Part shown: positions 12,409 through 22,728 of the stretch, in pieces
Layout of the letters: each line of letters begins with the position of its first letter
How positions within the stretch are numbered: position 1 is the stretch's first letter
Origin: Perkinsus chesapeaki ATCC PRA-425
Lineage: Eukaryota > Protista > Perkinsozoa
DNA length: 40,535 nucleotides
Direction of reading: 5' to 3'
Assembly: GCA_013115145.1 (NCBI GenBank)
Contig: JAAPAO010000311.1
Coordinates: 1 to 40,535, forward strand
Translations under genes and position numbers: made by a program
The notes under the pieces: generated by a model
What the model was told of the DNA's origin: nothing
The model's database searches: none
What the model saw: the letters and a program-made list of their open reading frames with translations, nothing else

Positions 12409-15400
12409 ATGGTTTCAGGCCGAGTAAGCGTCACTGCGCCACAAAATTATCCAGTTCGTAATCGTCCGCCGTTGCATCCCAGCACACCTAGGCGTTCAGC
12501 TGGCAGTCCGAGGTGAGTGAATTTCGGAAAAAAATTCGGAAAATTTTCGGAAATTTCGCATGGAATTTTTTTAATGAAGGATTGTAGTATGGCTGAGATT
12601 TAAACGAATAGTATAATTGCCGAGATTCGATCATACCGTCTTGTATGCGGTGGAGCCGAAGAATGGGGGAAATTCTGGGGAAAATGGGGAAAATTCTGGG
12701 AAAAATGGGGAAAATTCTGGGAAAAATGGGGAAAATTCTGGGAAAAATTTGGGGAAAAATCAGGAAAAATGTGCAGAAGGCAGGAGAATCAGCGAAAAAC
12801 TTATTTGGGGTAAATTGTTGGAATTTCCCGGTACGTCGGACATCGATGACATGCTGGATAATGTCTCTGAGGAAATAACAAAAAATTTCCTGTGATATTT
12901 TTTCAGGTCATCCGTGAGATCGTTTAGTATGGGGAGTGGGAGTAATGAAGTGAATCAAACGGGGAAACGATCGGTCTCTCTGGGATGGGAAGGACCTCCT
13001 GTTAGTGATGATGGTAATACTGGTCCAATATTAGTATAATATAGATTATAGTATATGGTATAAATATATATAATATATAATATTGTACAAAAGGGTTGTT
13101 ATAATTGGTATTTTTACGGGAGATGGAACTCGGCACAATGCGCACAATCCTCAGGGGTTTGGTGAGGCTGAGATGAGAAGGATCCTCATCTGTCAAAACA
13201 TTCATTTTTTTCTATTTTTGAGGGTACGAAAGTGTTGTGGTAATTTATGCTTTTTGATGGGGACGAGACGCTCGACGGGAAAAATTTAATCGTTTTTTCC
13301 CATATTTTTGTCTTTGCTGGGTAATAATTGTTCATTGTGCAGTAAAATTGGAATATTTTTCCCTTTTCTGATTTTTTTGATCCTCGGTTGTTTTCATTTC
13401 CCACTGGATAGTAATCTGTTTAAGAATCCCGGTACGAAAACACATTCGAAAGGATTAGACTTCACTCCCCGATGGCCGAGCGAAAAGGGAAATGTCGACA
13501 GGGGCGATGGGATCTCGATATTATACCGATAGTTATCGACTTTGAATTTCGAGCAATATTATGTAGTACAGGCTTTCTTGATGTTAGATTGTTGAAAAAT
13601 GGAAGATTAATTAAGGAATTGAAAAATTATAAGAAATGATTTGAAACACGGAGCCACCGAATGGTGGTGTGAACCGAAGGGTGAACCGAACACGGTTCAT
13701 GACCGTGTTCACAGATCACCATCGTGACGGTGGTGATCTGTGAACAGCTCATCTTAAAATATTCATAACACTACAGAGGTTAGATTGAGTGAGCTTGACT
13801 GAGTCAAATTGAGCGGCATTTTCTGTGTAAGTCATAAAAGTAGACAAAATATTTGTGTACAATATTAAAAACGGGTTTCGGGTTCCCGAAACCCGTTTCT
13901 AATACTTTATGTAATTCAGCGGCGAAGTCAGATACTAATCGAGGAGGTAGTCCCAGCTCAGCAAGACAGGTCAGTGGTGGTCGACGAGCTTCGGTGGAGC
14001 AATCGCCGAGATCTACAAGAGGATATAGGTTTAAATCCCTCGAAGGTGAGCGTGGAAATAATGGGATCGAGTTTTTCCGTTATATAATCGATTGGATGGA
14101 ATAACATTTTACTAGTGTAAAAATAAATTATATAATCGATTGGTTGGAATAACATTTTACTAGTGTAAAAATAAATTATATAATCGATTGGATGGAGTGA
14201 AATTTTACTTGTTTATTTAGTATATTTCCCCACCCGAGGATTGAACTCGGGACCTTTCGGTATTTAGATGCGAAATCGCCCGAACCGGAAATCAAGCCGT
14301 CGACGACATTCGGGGACCAATCCGAGGATCCACTGGAAAGAACGATGAGACTGCAACGAAGGTAGATGAAACGGTTAATCGATTTGATGGAACATTTTTT
14401 CCTGTTAAAAAGTCAGCGTTGTAATATCTGTTGGTTTCCTTCCTCGGTTGAGCTCTTCAAGTTTTACCCTTCAGTGCTGACATGGAAAATTGGAATTCTT
14501 GAAAAACCCGATTTTTTTCCGAAAATTTTTATGCTTGCATATTTAGTCGACCAGATGCATATTATTTGTCCAGAAATGTGACCCTTTCATGATTGTTAAT
14601 TTACTGTGAATTCTACGGAGAAATGAAAGCCAAATTTTCGCGTATTTCCGTTTTCGTTGGTATTAAGTAATACAAAGCCGAAATAAGGCCTTTGAGCTTT
14701 TACCTTTCAACGTAGGTTCCTCTCGATTCGGATCCGCACGCATGCACAAGCTTTTTTCGTTCTTACTGTCAGATATCTTTATAGTAAGATTCCCGTCTCT
14801 GGTCCAAGTGTTTTTCCAGCTCTTATAAGGATACTTGCCACGGCTATCTTCCTGGTATGGAGATAAGGCCCGAGTTCGATCCCGGCACATGTTGTTTTTC
14901 CGTCAGTTTCTGGCTGTATTTGTAAGTGCTAGTATTTGGACTGGTTCAATGCAATGGATGGGGAACCTCACCTGCATGTATAGAGAATCGGAAGGAACGA
15001 TTTCATCGAATCCGGTAAGATAATGAAAAATTATGTGGTCAGTGGTATTCATCTGAGCTCAGGTCTTCGCCACTTGGACAGCCTCGAAGCCGCGATCGGC
15101 GGTAGATGGTAAAAGATGCCGCCTCTGGTTCCAACTCGACCCGAGGTTTCCTGTTTCATCGACCCTCTACGACCAACTAGGATACTACACTGCCCGAACT
15201 GGGCTGCTGTGCGGTGAGGTTGAGAAATCTTGCAATCTTGCTGAATCTTGCATTTCCTTAAGGTTCATTTAGCAGCGATATTTTCGGAGGCATGTGTGAT
15301 GGTGGGCGCTGTTTGACGTGTATTGCGGACAGGCCGTGCTATGGTACAGTGGAGACACGTCAGATAGAGGACGAAGAGGTTGTCTGGGTTGATAACCAGT

Positions 15401-16510
15401 AAGTGACGCGGGTTCAATCCCGGGGGAGGGCATTTTATTAAGGAGAAAATGAAATGCATAACTGCATCTTTTGGGCTTTACGTCAGGAAATTTATAAAAG
15501 AAGTAATATTAAGTCACGTACAGTAGCATAAAAAGACATGTAGTAGTATACAGTATTAATTTTGATACGCAAGACTAGGAGTAATTGGTAGAGTGAAGTA
15601 CCGCTGTTATTTCAGATTTCCGGCCATCCCCTCCGGTGGCACTTTGGCGAACGTGCTCGTCTTTCTCGATGACCAGACAGTTATTCAGATGAGTAACACT
15701 GCGGTTGGTCTGATGCCGATATGTTCTTTGGACGGGCAGGTGAGTGGCGCTGCTTTTAAAAGGTCCCGAGTTCGATTCCCGGCCGGAGCTGTTATGATAT
15801 CAAGATCAATTTTCAATAGGCGCGGTTTTTGCTCTGGAATGGTCATAAAATATCTGCAATAGATTTTCGATGGATTACGCACTCGCTAGATTTTTTGAGC
15901 GGAGCGAAGCGTTTTTTATTCATCGTTTTTAGGTCACTCCGGGACATAGTATAGTAATTCTGGGCCTCTTCATTGGAAGTGTTATTCTTGTCGTACTTGT
16001 TGCTGCGAGAGAGATAAGAGAATGGGTGAGATGTCGGGTGCCGGGATCGAACCAGGGACCTTTGGGTTGTTAGTTTAAAGTGAGGAAGAGTAACCATGAG
16101 GACACTGTAGATGATGCTGTGATGGTGGCGCATATTGGAGAGGCTGTTGAGAGCATGAAGAGGGAATCTGAAACGGCTGCTAGGTGGGAATAAATAGTAT
16201 TTCGGTAAACGACCATTTCATCGAATGTTTTAAAATGTATGGGCTCGCCTAGGGTTTGAAAATATCATTTGCTGATAAGAATGAGCACTTTGCAATGGAG
16301 ATACACCTCCGTCATTTATACCGAGACTGTTTACGGATCTTATTAGGCTGCACAACGCCCCAGGCTCAATCTTTTGTGAAATATTATTTCCCTCGAAAAT
16401 TTTTTCGTGGGTGGCAGCACCTGTCCCTTCACCCGGCGGTAGCCAGTATAGGAGTATAGCTGCAGTCGGTCGTTAAACGCAGAGCCCTAGGAAGTGAAGA
16501 GGCGAAATAA
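12409..16510 (+). CDS. Hypothetical multi-exon membrane protein with two predicted TM segments flanking a Cys-rich loop; gene ends approximate
   Basis: Phase-consistent GT-AG joins give LIRILATAIFL|FLAVFVSASIWTGSMQWMGNLTC; RILHCPNWAAV; SDIFGGMCDGGRCLTCIADRPC...VWVDNQ|FPAIPSGGTLANVLVFLDDQ...SLDGQ|VTPGHSIVILGLFIGSVILVVLVAAREIREW|FKVRKSN. The N-terminus is low-complexity and Ser/Pro/Arg-rich. No family recognised. Confidence 0.6.
12665..12770. repeat. 21-bp G-run tandem repeat (GGGGAAAATTCTGGGAAAAAT), about 4 copies, intronic
   Basis: Repeat is directly visible. It explains the spurious ORFs GENSGKN... and MGKILGK... Confidence 0.9.
14080..14196. repeat. 48-bp tandem repeat, about 2.4 copies, intronic
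   Basis: Unit TTATATAATCGATTGG(A/T)TGGAATAACATTTTACTAGTGTAAAAATAAA starts at 14080, 14128 and 14176. Confidence 0.95.
14226..14261 (-). other. Intronic tRNA 3'-end-like fragment A (T-arm + acceptor strand)
   Basis: Minus strand ACCGAAAGGTC-CCGAG-TTCAATC-CTCGG-GTGGGGA-A: perfect 5-bp T-stem, B-box loop, 7-nt acceptor strand plus discriminator. It lies just upstream of the AG at 14266-14267. Confidence 0.75.
14865..14888 (+). other. Intronic tRNA T-arm-like fragment B
   Basis: AAGGCCCGAGTTCGATCCCGGCAC inside the 52-nt intron 14855-14906. Confidence 0.65.
15405..15432 (+). other. Intronic tRNA 3'-end-like fragment C
   Basis: GACGCGGGTTCAATCCCGGGGGAGGGCA followed by TTTT, directly after the GTAAGT donor at 15399. 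Confidence 0.6.
15758..15790 (+). other. Intronic tRNA 3'-end-like fragment D
   Basis: AAAAGGTC-CCGAG-TTCGATT-CCCGG-CCGGAGC-T in the intron 15740-15932. Confidence 0.7.
16032..16068 (-). other. Intronic tRNA 3'-end-like fragment E
   Basis: Minus strand AACCCAAAGGTC-CCTGG-TTCGATC-CCGGC-ACCCGAC-A fills 37 of the 48 nt of intron 16026-16073. Confidence 0.75.
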
Positions 16511-16797
16511 TTTGAGATAATTTCTTGATTGAAATTCTCCTAGATGTGGGATGGATTCCGTCTGTCTGGCCCAGCACATGCTGCTCCTCTGGGTCGTCTG
16601 CCTTGTGCAGTATTATGAACACCGCAAGGATCCGATAATCAATCAAGTCTATTGGATGTACAGTTTGTGACATAGGGACAGGAAAAATGGAGCAGGATAT
16701 GTTATGTTAGTGAAACAGGAAACAGATGTTATCATTACACTTCTGTGGAAAATTGTAGCCCATCGGGGGAAGTGACCGTTTGCATGCATGATGGCAT

Positions 16798-19700
16798 TTG
16801 AGTGAATCACCAGTTAGGACTGCACAGGTGAATTCCCGCTTCCTCAGGCACTATACAGATCCTCATGATGATGCGGCAGGAAGGCGCGCGGTAGGCTGGC
16901 ACGATAATTTAGCTAATTCGCTCCGAATTCGAAAAATTTTCAGGACTCGGCGTCTCAGCGAAGTATCAGATCGGGCTCGGATAGAAGGTGATTCTTGCGC
17001 GCCGCGAAATTGTAGGAAATATTTCTGCTTTAGAGCATCTACATCAAGTCAAGGAGCACCCGAGGGCTCATCTGGTGAGTTTAGACTTGCGGGGAAAAAT
17101 TCCGAAATGTTGCGGAAAAATTTTGAAAATTTTTGCCTTAGATTCACTTTCGAGTAGTTGGAGACTCAAGTTGGAGAATATGAAGGTGAGCGTTGAGAAA
17201 GTGCAAGATTTGGCAAGATTTCGAGATTTTGCAGATCGCGGCAGCTACAAGAGAGAAGGTGGCAATTTTCCGGGGAATCATGGGCATGGTGGCGCGAATT
17301 ATAATGTAAGGAATCTTAGCTTGGCCCGTGAAAGATACTTGAGAGGTGATGTGGCAGATACTTCGTTGTTCACATGGTTGCCATCCTGTTGATATTTGCT
17401 CTTTCACCATCTCAATTTTTCCCTTATTCATGGTGGAGTAAGTCTTGGGGGAATTTAATAATTTCGTGGCGCGTGACGAAATTCGTTCGAGATAATTGAG
17501 GCTTTTCTTCATTTAAGTCAAATATACTCTCTCTAGATCCCACTGCGAACAATTCGCGGAAATTTTTCCCCCGTTCATTTGAAAAACTAGATTTTCCCCT
17601 CTGCGCGATCAGTATGATATTTGCCCGTTTCACCTTACCAAAATTTTCCCAGTTTTTTTGTAATTTTTCACTCCAGGTCTCTTCGACGGTTTCATCAGTG
17701 CCGGCACGGTGAGCTACTGGTCATTCACGGATCTCCTTGTAATGGGCGACATTTTCATATCTATCATACTCCTTCTGCCATCAATTTGCCGTCCACAATG
17801 GTGAGGAGTATCTTTAGGTTGATGCGTGCATTACTGTTGTGTAGGTTCTCGCTTGGAAATGGTGATGCTACTAAGACTCGTCGAGGTAACTTTTACCGGA
17901 AAAATTTCTCTGATTTTTCCTCTGCGTTTATTAATGATAATAATACGGCTCTGCTGTTACTGGAAAAAAAAATTCGAAGTGAAATACGTAGATCACACTT
18001 GAGGCCCGAGTGAATTCTATTTTTTTATTCTTAACTTTCCTCTTTTTTGGCATTTTTTAGCAAAAGTTTGGTGGTGATTTGATGCGCAGGTCGGAGATTA
18101 TCAGACTGATGTTCGCTAGGAATATGATGACACTTGAAGTGTTTCTGTGTGAAGCCCAGAGAGATGTTATTAACGTTAACAAAACGACGTTTCGTTTTGC
18201 TCTTTTGCGAGGGAAATTTTTTCCTGGAAAAATTTCGGATTCGCGCGGCAGTTTTTTGGAGGGAAAATTTTTACCTTGGGGGACTTTTTTGTTCCTTCAG
18301 GAGAGATACGCCAGAACATGATGGCGAACTCCGAAGCCTGTGTGGTAATTTTGGTGCGAAGTGGAACATGCGCCAACTTCACTAAAAGGAGGAGATTGAT
18401 GAATCTTGCACAGAAGTAAGATACGCCAGAGTCTCCAAGTTAACCTATTTTGAATCTTTCAAGGTGCGAAGATCTCTTCCCGGCCTCGAAGTCAGGACAG
18501 TCTAAAGTCTTCGTTGTCGATTATGGCAATGGTGCGACGCCGAAGGATGACTGTTGCAATATGCTGCGAGTGAGTCACGCCACTTTGCTCTCTTGAGAGT
18601 TTGAACACTCGAAATTGCTCTATTGAAATTCTTGAGCAAGCATGCTCTATTTGGAATTACGCTTGCTCAAAACTCTTTTCACTTGGAGATTGCACAGAAT
18701 AAACTTTAGTGTCAAGCGGACTCAGTCAGTGATGTTTGAAATCCGTTTTATCTAGATATTTTTTAGAACTCAACTCTACTGTTAACGAGTGTCTGATAGA
18801 AATGATTCACTTCAAATGAACGTTTGGAAATTTGTCGTTTCTTTTACGGAAAAATAAGGAAAAATTGTGGAGAGACGTTTTTCCATCTTTGTTTCTTAAA
18901 GTTTGCCTCAAGACGAACGTCACGAAATTCCGCGGCAAACATTTTTCGTTGAATCCAGTCCGACCTGATGAAATAGAATAATTTGTAACTAGAATGTATA
19001 TTTCCCCAACGAGATGATATACAGTGCGAACCAAACCGTTATGCAAATTCGTTTTTTGGTTTTTCGTTTTTTTTGGTATAACTTTTTTAATTTTACGACT
19101 CAGAACATGAAACTTGGAAGATGACATGATGGTAACAGTTAAAAATAAATGTTGTAATATCATGACCGTTTCTCCACCCAATTCGATTATTTTGGCGAGC
19201 GAGATTTTTTCTGGCTGCGCAGCCGACCCAAACCGTGTAGGTTCTGAGTTGAGGTATCCCTCTCATGAGTTGAAGTAGCCCTCTCTTAGGAGGTTTGCTC
19301 CGAGCCGCCGAATTTCCCCCTAGTGGGTATTGTAACGTTTTAATTTTGAAAATACCATAAGGAGAATCTAGAACATGGCACTTAATCGATCAACCGTTTC
19401 ATGCATATCTACTGATATCTTCCAGCGCGCCATAAAATATGTACTTGTTTGTGTTTGTCTCCCACGATTTTGCCTTTCAGCGAACGGTGAGCTTCAACAT
19501 CAACTACGCCTACCTTCCCGAAGATAATCCCGTGGTGGCACTCCACTGGACGAACAAGGTATGGATTCCGGCGGTGGCGAAGCGACATAGCTTGGAGAAA
19601 GGAGAAGGGTCGAGGAGAGCATCGTAAGCTGGAAAATATCTTTTACGGAAACTTTCGGGCCGGAAAAATTTCTTTCTGGTTGATATTGCCGATTCGCGCC

Positions 19701-22621
19701 GGGGTTGGCTCAAATTTGACGACTTGAAGTCGACGCTCGACGGATTCTAACTTTAACTTTGTGGTCGGAATTATGAGGGGGAATTCGGATAGGACTTCGC
19801 GCAAATAAGCATGCTATCTCATTTGAGTCGACAAAATTTTTAGTGGATTATATTTTCATAATTTTTTCTTGTCAAGTATACGAAACTGATTTTTATCAAT
19901 TGTTTCCTTATTATCATATCCCATCCCTCTTCTCGGATCTTTTCATCGACCATCTCGATATGATGCAATCTTATTTATTCCACCGTTCATTCGGCAAGGG
20001 ACAGATGACACAATAGTCTAGTTAGGCGCTCAGGGGCGAAAGAGCTATTTTGGTAGAGCTATCAAGAATGAGCCCAAACTCTAACGTATATAGTGGTACG
20101 AAAAGTTTTCGAATGATTTTAAATGATTTTACTCCTCTTTTAAAAAAAGAGGCGATATATATTATATTTGGTAATTTATTACCAATAAACGGTTGAGCTT
20201 TCTGCGAGTACTAAGCCCCTCCTGATCATAGGATATTGCTTAGGTATCGCTACGCATTGGTTATAGATGATATTGATGGTGTTAATGAATACACGCTTCC
20301 GACTGTATTTGACAGTCAATGTCGAGTAAGTTAACCTATTGAGTATCTTGCACGCTTGACCTCTGGATACCTCAGGAACATAACGAGGCTGGTATTCAGC
20401 TAGTAGTTCTGCCACCGGTTGCTATGGAGGATCCTCAGACCACCAAGACGGCGTGGATGATGGACGACTTTTTGATCAAGCTGGAAAATATGTGAGAAAT
20501 TTCCCGAAATTTCCCGAAATTTTCTGCCATTTCCAGAGATTCCTCGTAGGGTAAGATTCCTCAGTGCTACGAATATTCCTGCGAATTTCATATTCATGAT
20601 TTCTCACAAAATTGTCAGTTCTTTCTCGGGAAATTTCCCGAGCGCGTCAAGTTTCTGTAATATTTCCGGAAATTTTTCTTTTTTGCAGTCGCGGTATGGC
20701 ACTCCAAAGCATGACTGGTTCAATGATAACAACACCGACAAAATCGATATGTCTCTGGGATCGAATTAGCCTTTACGAGGCTGCGGCTGAAGCCACTGGA
20801 CCACAGAGAGTAAGGATCAGTAACACAATTTCTCGCGCGCCCAATAATTGCATGGCGAGTGGGTGAAGTATACGGAATGTTGTCGAGGGGAAAAATTATC
20901 GAAAATCTTTGTTAGATTTTCTGGCTTTTCCGTGGAGAAATTTGCAGGCTGAATGGAACGGCTCATTTTATATTCGGTGAAGTGAAAAACTGTGCGCTTT
21001 TTCCTCAAGGAGCGGATTCTCGTATAGGGGCATGAAAAGCAATGAAAAAAATTGGGAAAGAATTCAGAATTTATTTTTTCCCAATTTTGTTCACTGAAGT
21101 TAAAATTCAGTGTCTTCCATTATTTTGTTTGGGATTTGTGAATCAGTATCGGTCTGCTTCGCTGAAATTTATTGTAGATGAGATCGTGTCCCTTTTGTTC
21201 CAGGTGAGATGGTCCTCAGAGATGGATCAATGTTTGGCTTTAAAACAGCTTCGTCAAGTGGAGTGTCGGACTGCGGTCGCAGGGCAATCGGTAAGTGGAT
21301 ACTGCCGAAATTTCACGGATTTTTTATTTTTCGTTAATTTTTGATTCTTTGTGGCATTTAATTTTTCCCGCAAGATGTCACGTTTTCTTTTTGGGATTCG
21401 AGGTTTTTCCGGAATTTTTCAGTGGGAAAGATACAGTGGGAATTTGGGTAATTTTGCGAGTGTCTGTGACAGGTGACGGTTACCACAAATATGGATCTTT
21501 TCGCGGTCTACTGCGCAGCTTGGGCGCTACAAGGAAGGCTACTTTGGGAACTACTCAGTTTCAGATGTGCAACTATTACGAGGTAGGACGAACGTTTTAG
21601 TGCGGGTAAATTATTCCGGGTTATGGTTTCAATTTTTAGATTCCTGGCGAAGTGGTGGATTCTGTTCGACCAGTTCATTCCTAAGTTCTTCACGATAATG
21701 AGGTGAGCTATTTGTGCCACATTTGATTTTTATGCCTCCACTTCCTCATTGCATTTATATATTATTTTTATGCCTCCACTTCCTCATTACATTTATATAT
21801 TATTTTTATGCCTCCACTTCCTCATTACATTTATCTTTGTCATTAGATAAATTCATCGTGTCATCGATTTATATTTGTTATCATTTATCTTATCATTTAT
21901 ATTTTGTCATACCTTTATCCTTGTCAGGCCCCTGATGCTGGTTGTTGTATTCTTACGCTCTCCTTTCGATACAGTATTCATCATTCTGGTAAGTCCCTCC
22001 TTTCGAACTCGTTATCAGTTTCATGTCGACTTCAATAGATTGTAATACAGCTAGTCTGAATGAATCAGAAATTGAAAAAATGCCGCAGATTTCAGAATTT
22101 GGATTCCCCGCAAGAATGAGCTTCACACCTCCGTGTATGCCCAGAGGTTTCTGATCGATTCATACCGACTTCATCTTCACATTCTATCGAAAATCTATTC
22201 GGCCCGGCGCGGAGCAATGTTCTGACCAGCAGGTTAATAGTGCGCAATTTTTTTTGGAAAGTTCTAAGTTTCATCCTCGTTTTTGCTATTAATATTGTGT
22301 AAATTGTCCCGTGAATTGTTTTTCCTGAACCCTACTTCATCGAGATTCTTATCGAAATTGTGAACAGCGTAGATATGCAGGGAAAAAATCTTGAAAGACT
22401 TCCGCGTTGGTAAATCCTCCAAGTTGAGAAATCTTCTACCGAAACCCTTATTCTCAGGTTTATATTTTGCTGTTGGTGCCAGCGAGTATATTTTTGGTGA
22501 TGTCATCTCTTCGGTACAGCACCGACTTGACCAGGAATTGGTCCAAGTAAGAATTATTAACCTACAAGTTGTAGGCTACAACTGGCGGTGTTATGCAGTG
22601 CGTCGTGAGGAATCTTTATAG
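16798..22621 (+). CDS. Hypothetical multi-exon protein(s) with a hydrophobic segment and a possible TIR-like alpha/beta domain; may be more than one gene
   Basis: Phase-consistent exons: IRQNMMANSEACVVILVRSG...LAQ|KCEDLF...KVFVVDY...CCNMLR (18306-18569) | RTVSFNINYAYLPEDNPVVALHWTNKVW (19481-19623) | ILLRYRYALVIDDIDG | EHNEAGIQLVVLPPV | IRGMALQ. The 3' exons and gene boundaries are ambiguous. Confidence 0.45.
21731..21834. repeat. 38-bp minisatellite, about 2.7 copies, intronic
   Basis: Unit TATGCCTCCACTTCCTCATT(G/A)CATTTATATATTATTTT starts at 21731, 21769 and 21807. Confidence 0.95.
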
Positions 22622-22709
22622 TGCGTCGTGTGGAATCTTTGTAGTGCGTCGTGAGAAATCTTACTAGTGTGTCGTGAGAAATCTTACTAGTGTGCCGCGG
22701 AAAATCTTT
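22597..22709. repeat. 23-bp tandem repeat, 5 diverging copies
   Basis: Unit approximately AGTGCGTCGTGAGGAATCTTTAT starts at 22597, 22620, 22643, 22666 and 22689. Confidence 0.9.
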
Positions 22710-22728
22710 CTAATGTAGACTATTTTTC

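Noticed and set aside
14226-14320. Complete minus-strand tRNA gene with intron (TCCCCGA...GTGGGGA pairing)
   Set aside because: The putative 5' half has no D-arm or A-box consensus and overlaps a well-behaved plus-strand exon. Only the 3' fragment is supported.
19700-19715. Relict spliced-leader (TTGGCTCAA)
   Set aside because: Only 9 nt match the perkinsid/dinoflagellate SL 3' end, without the terminal AG or the upstream CCGTAGCCAT.
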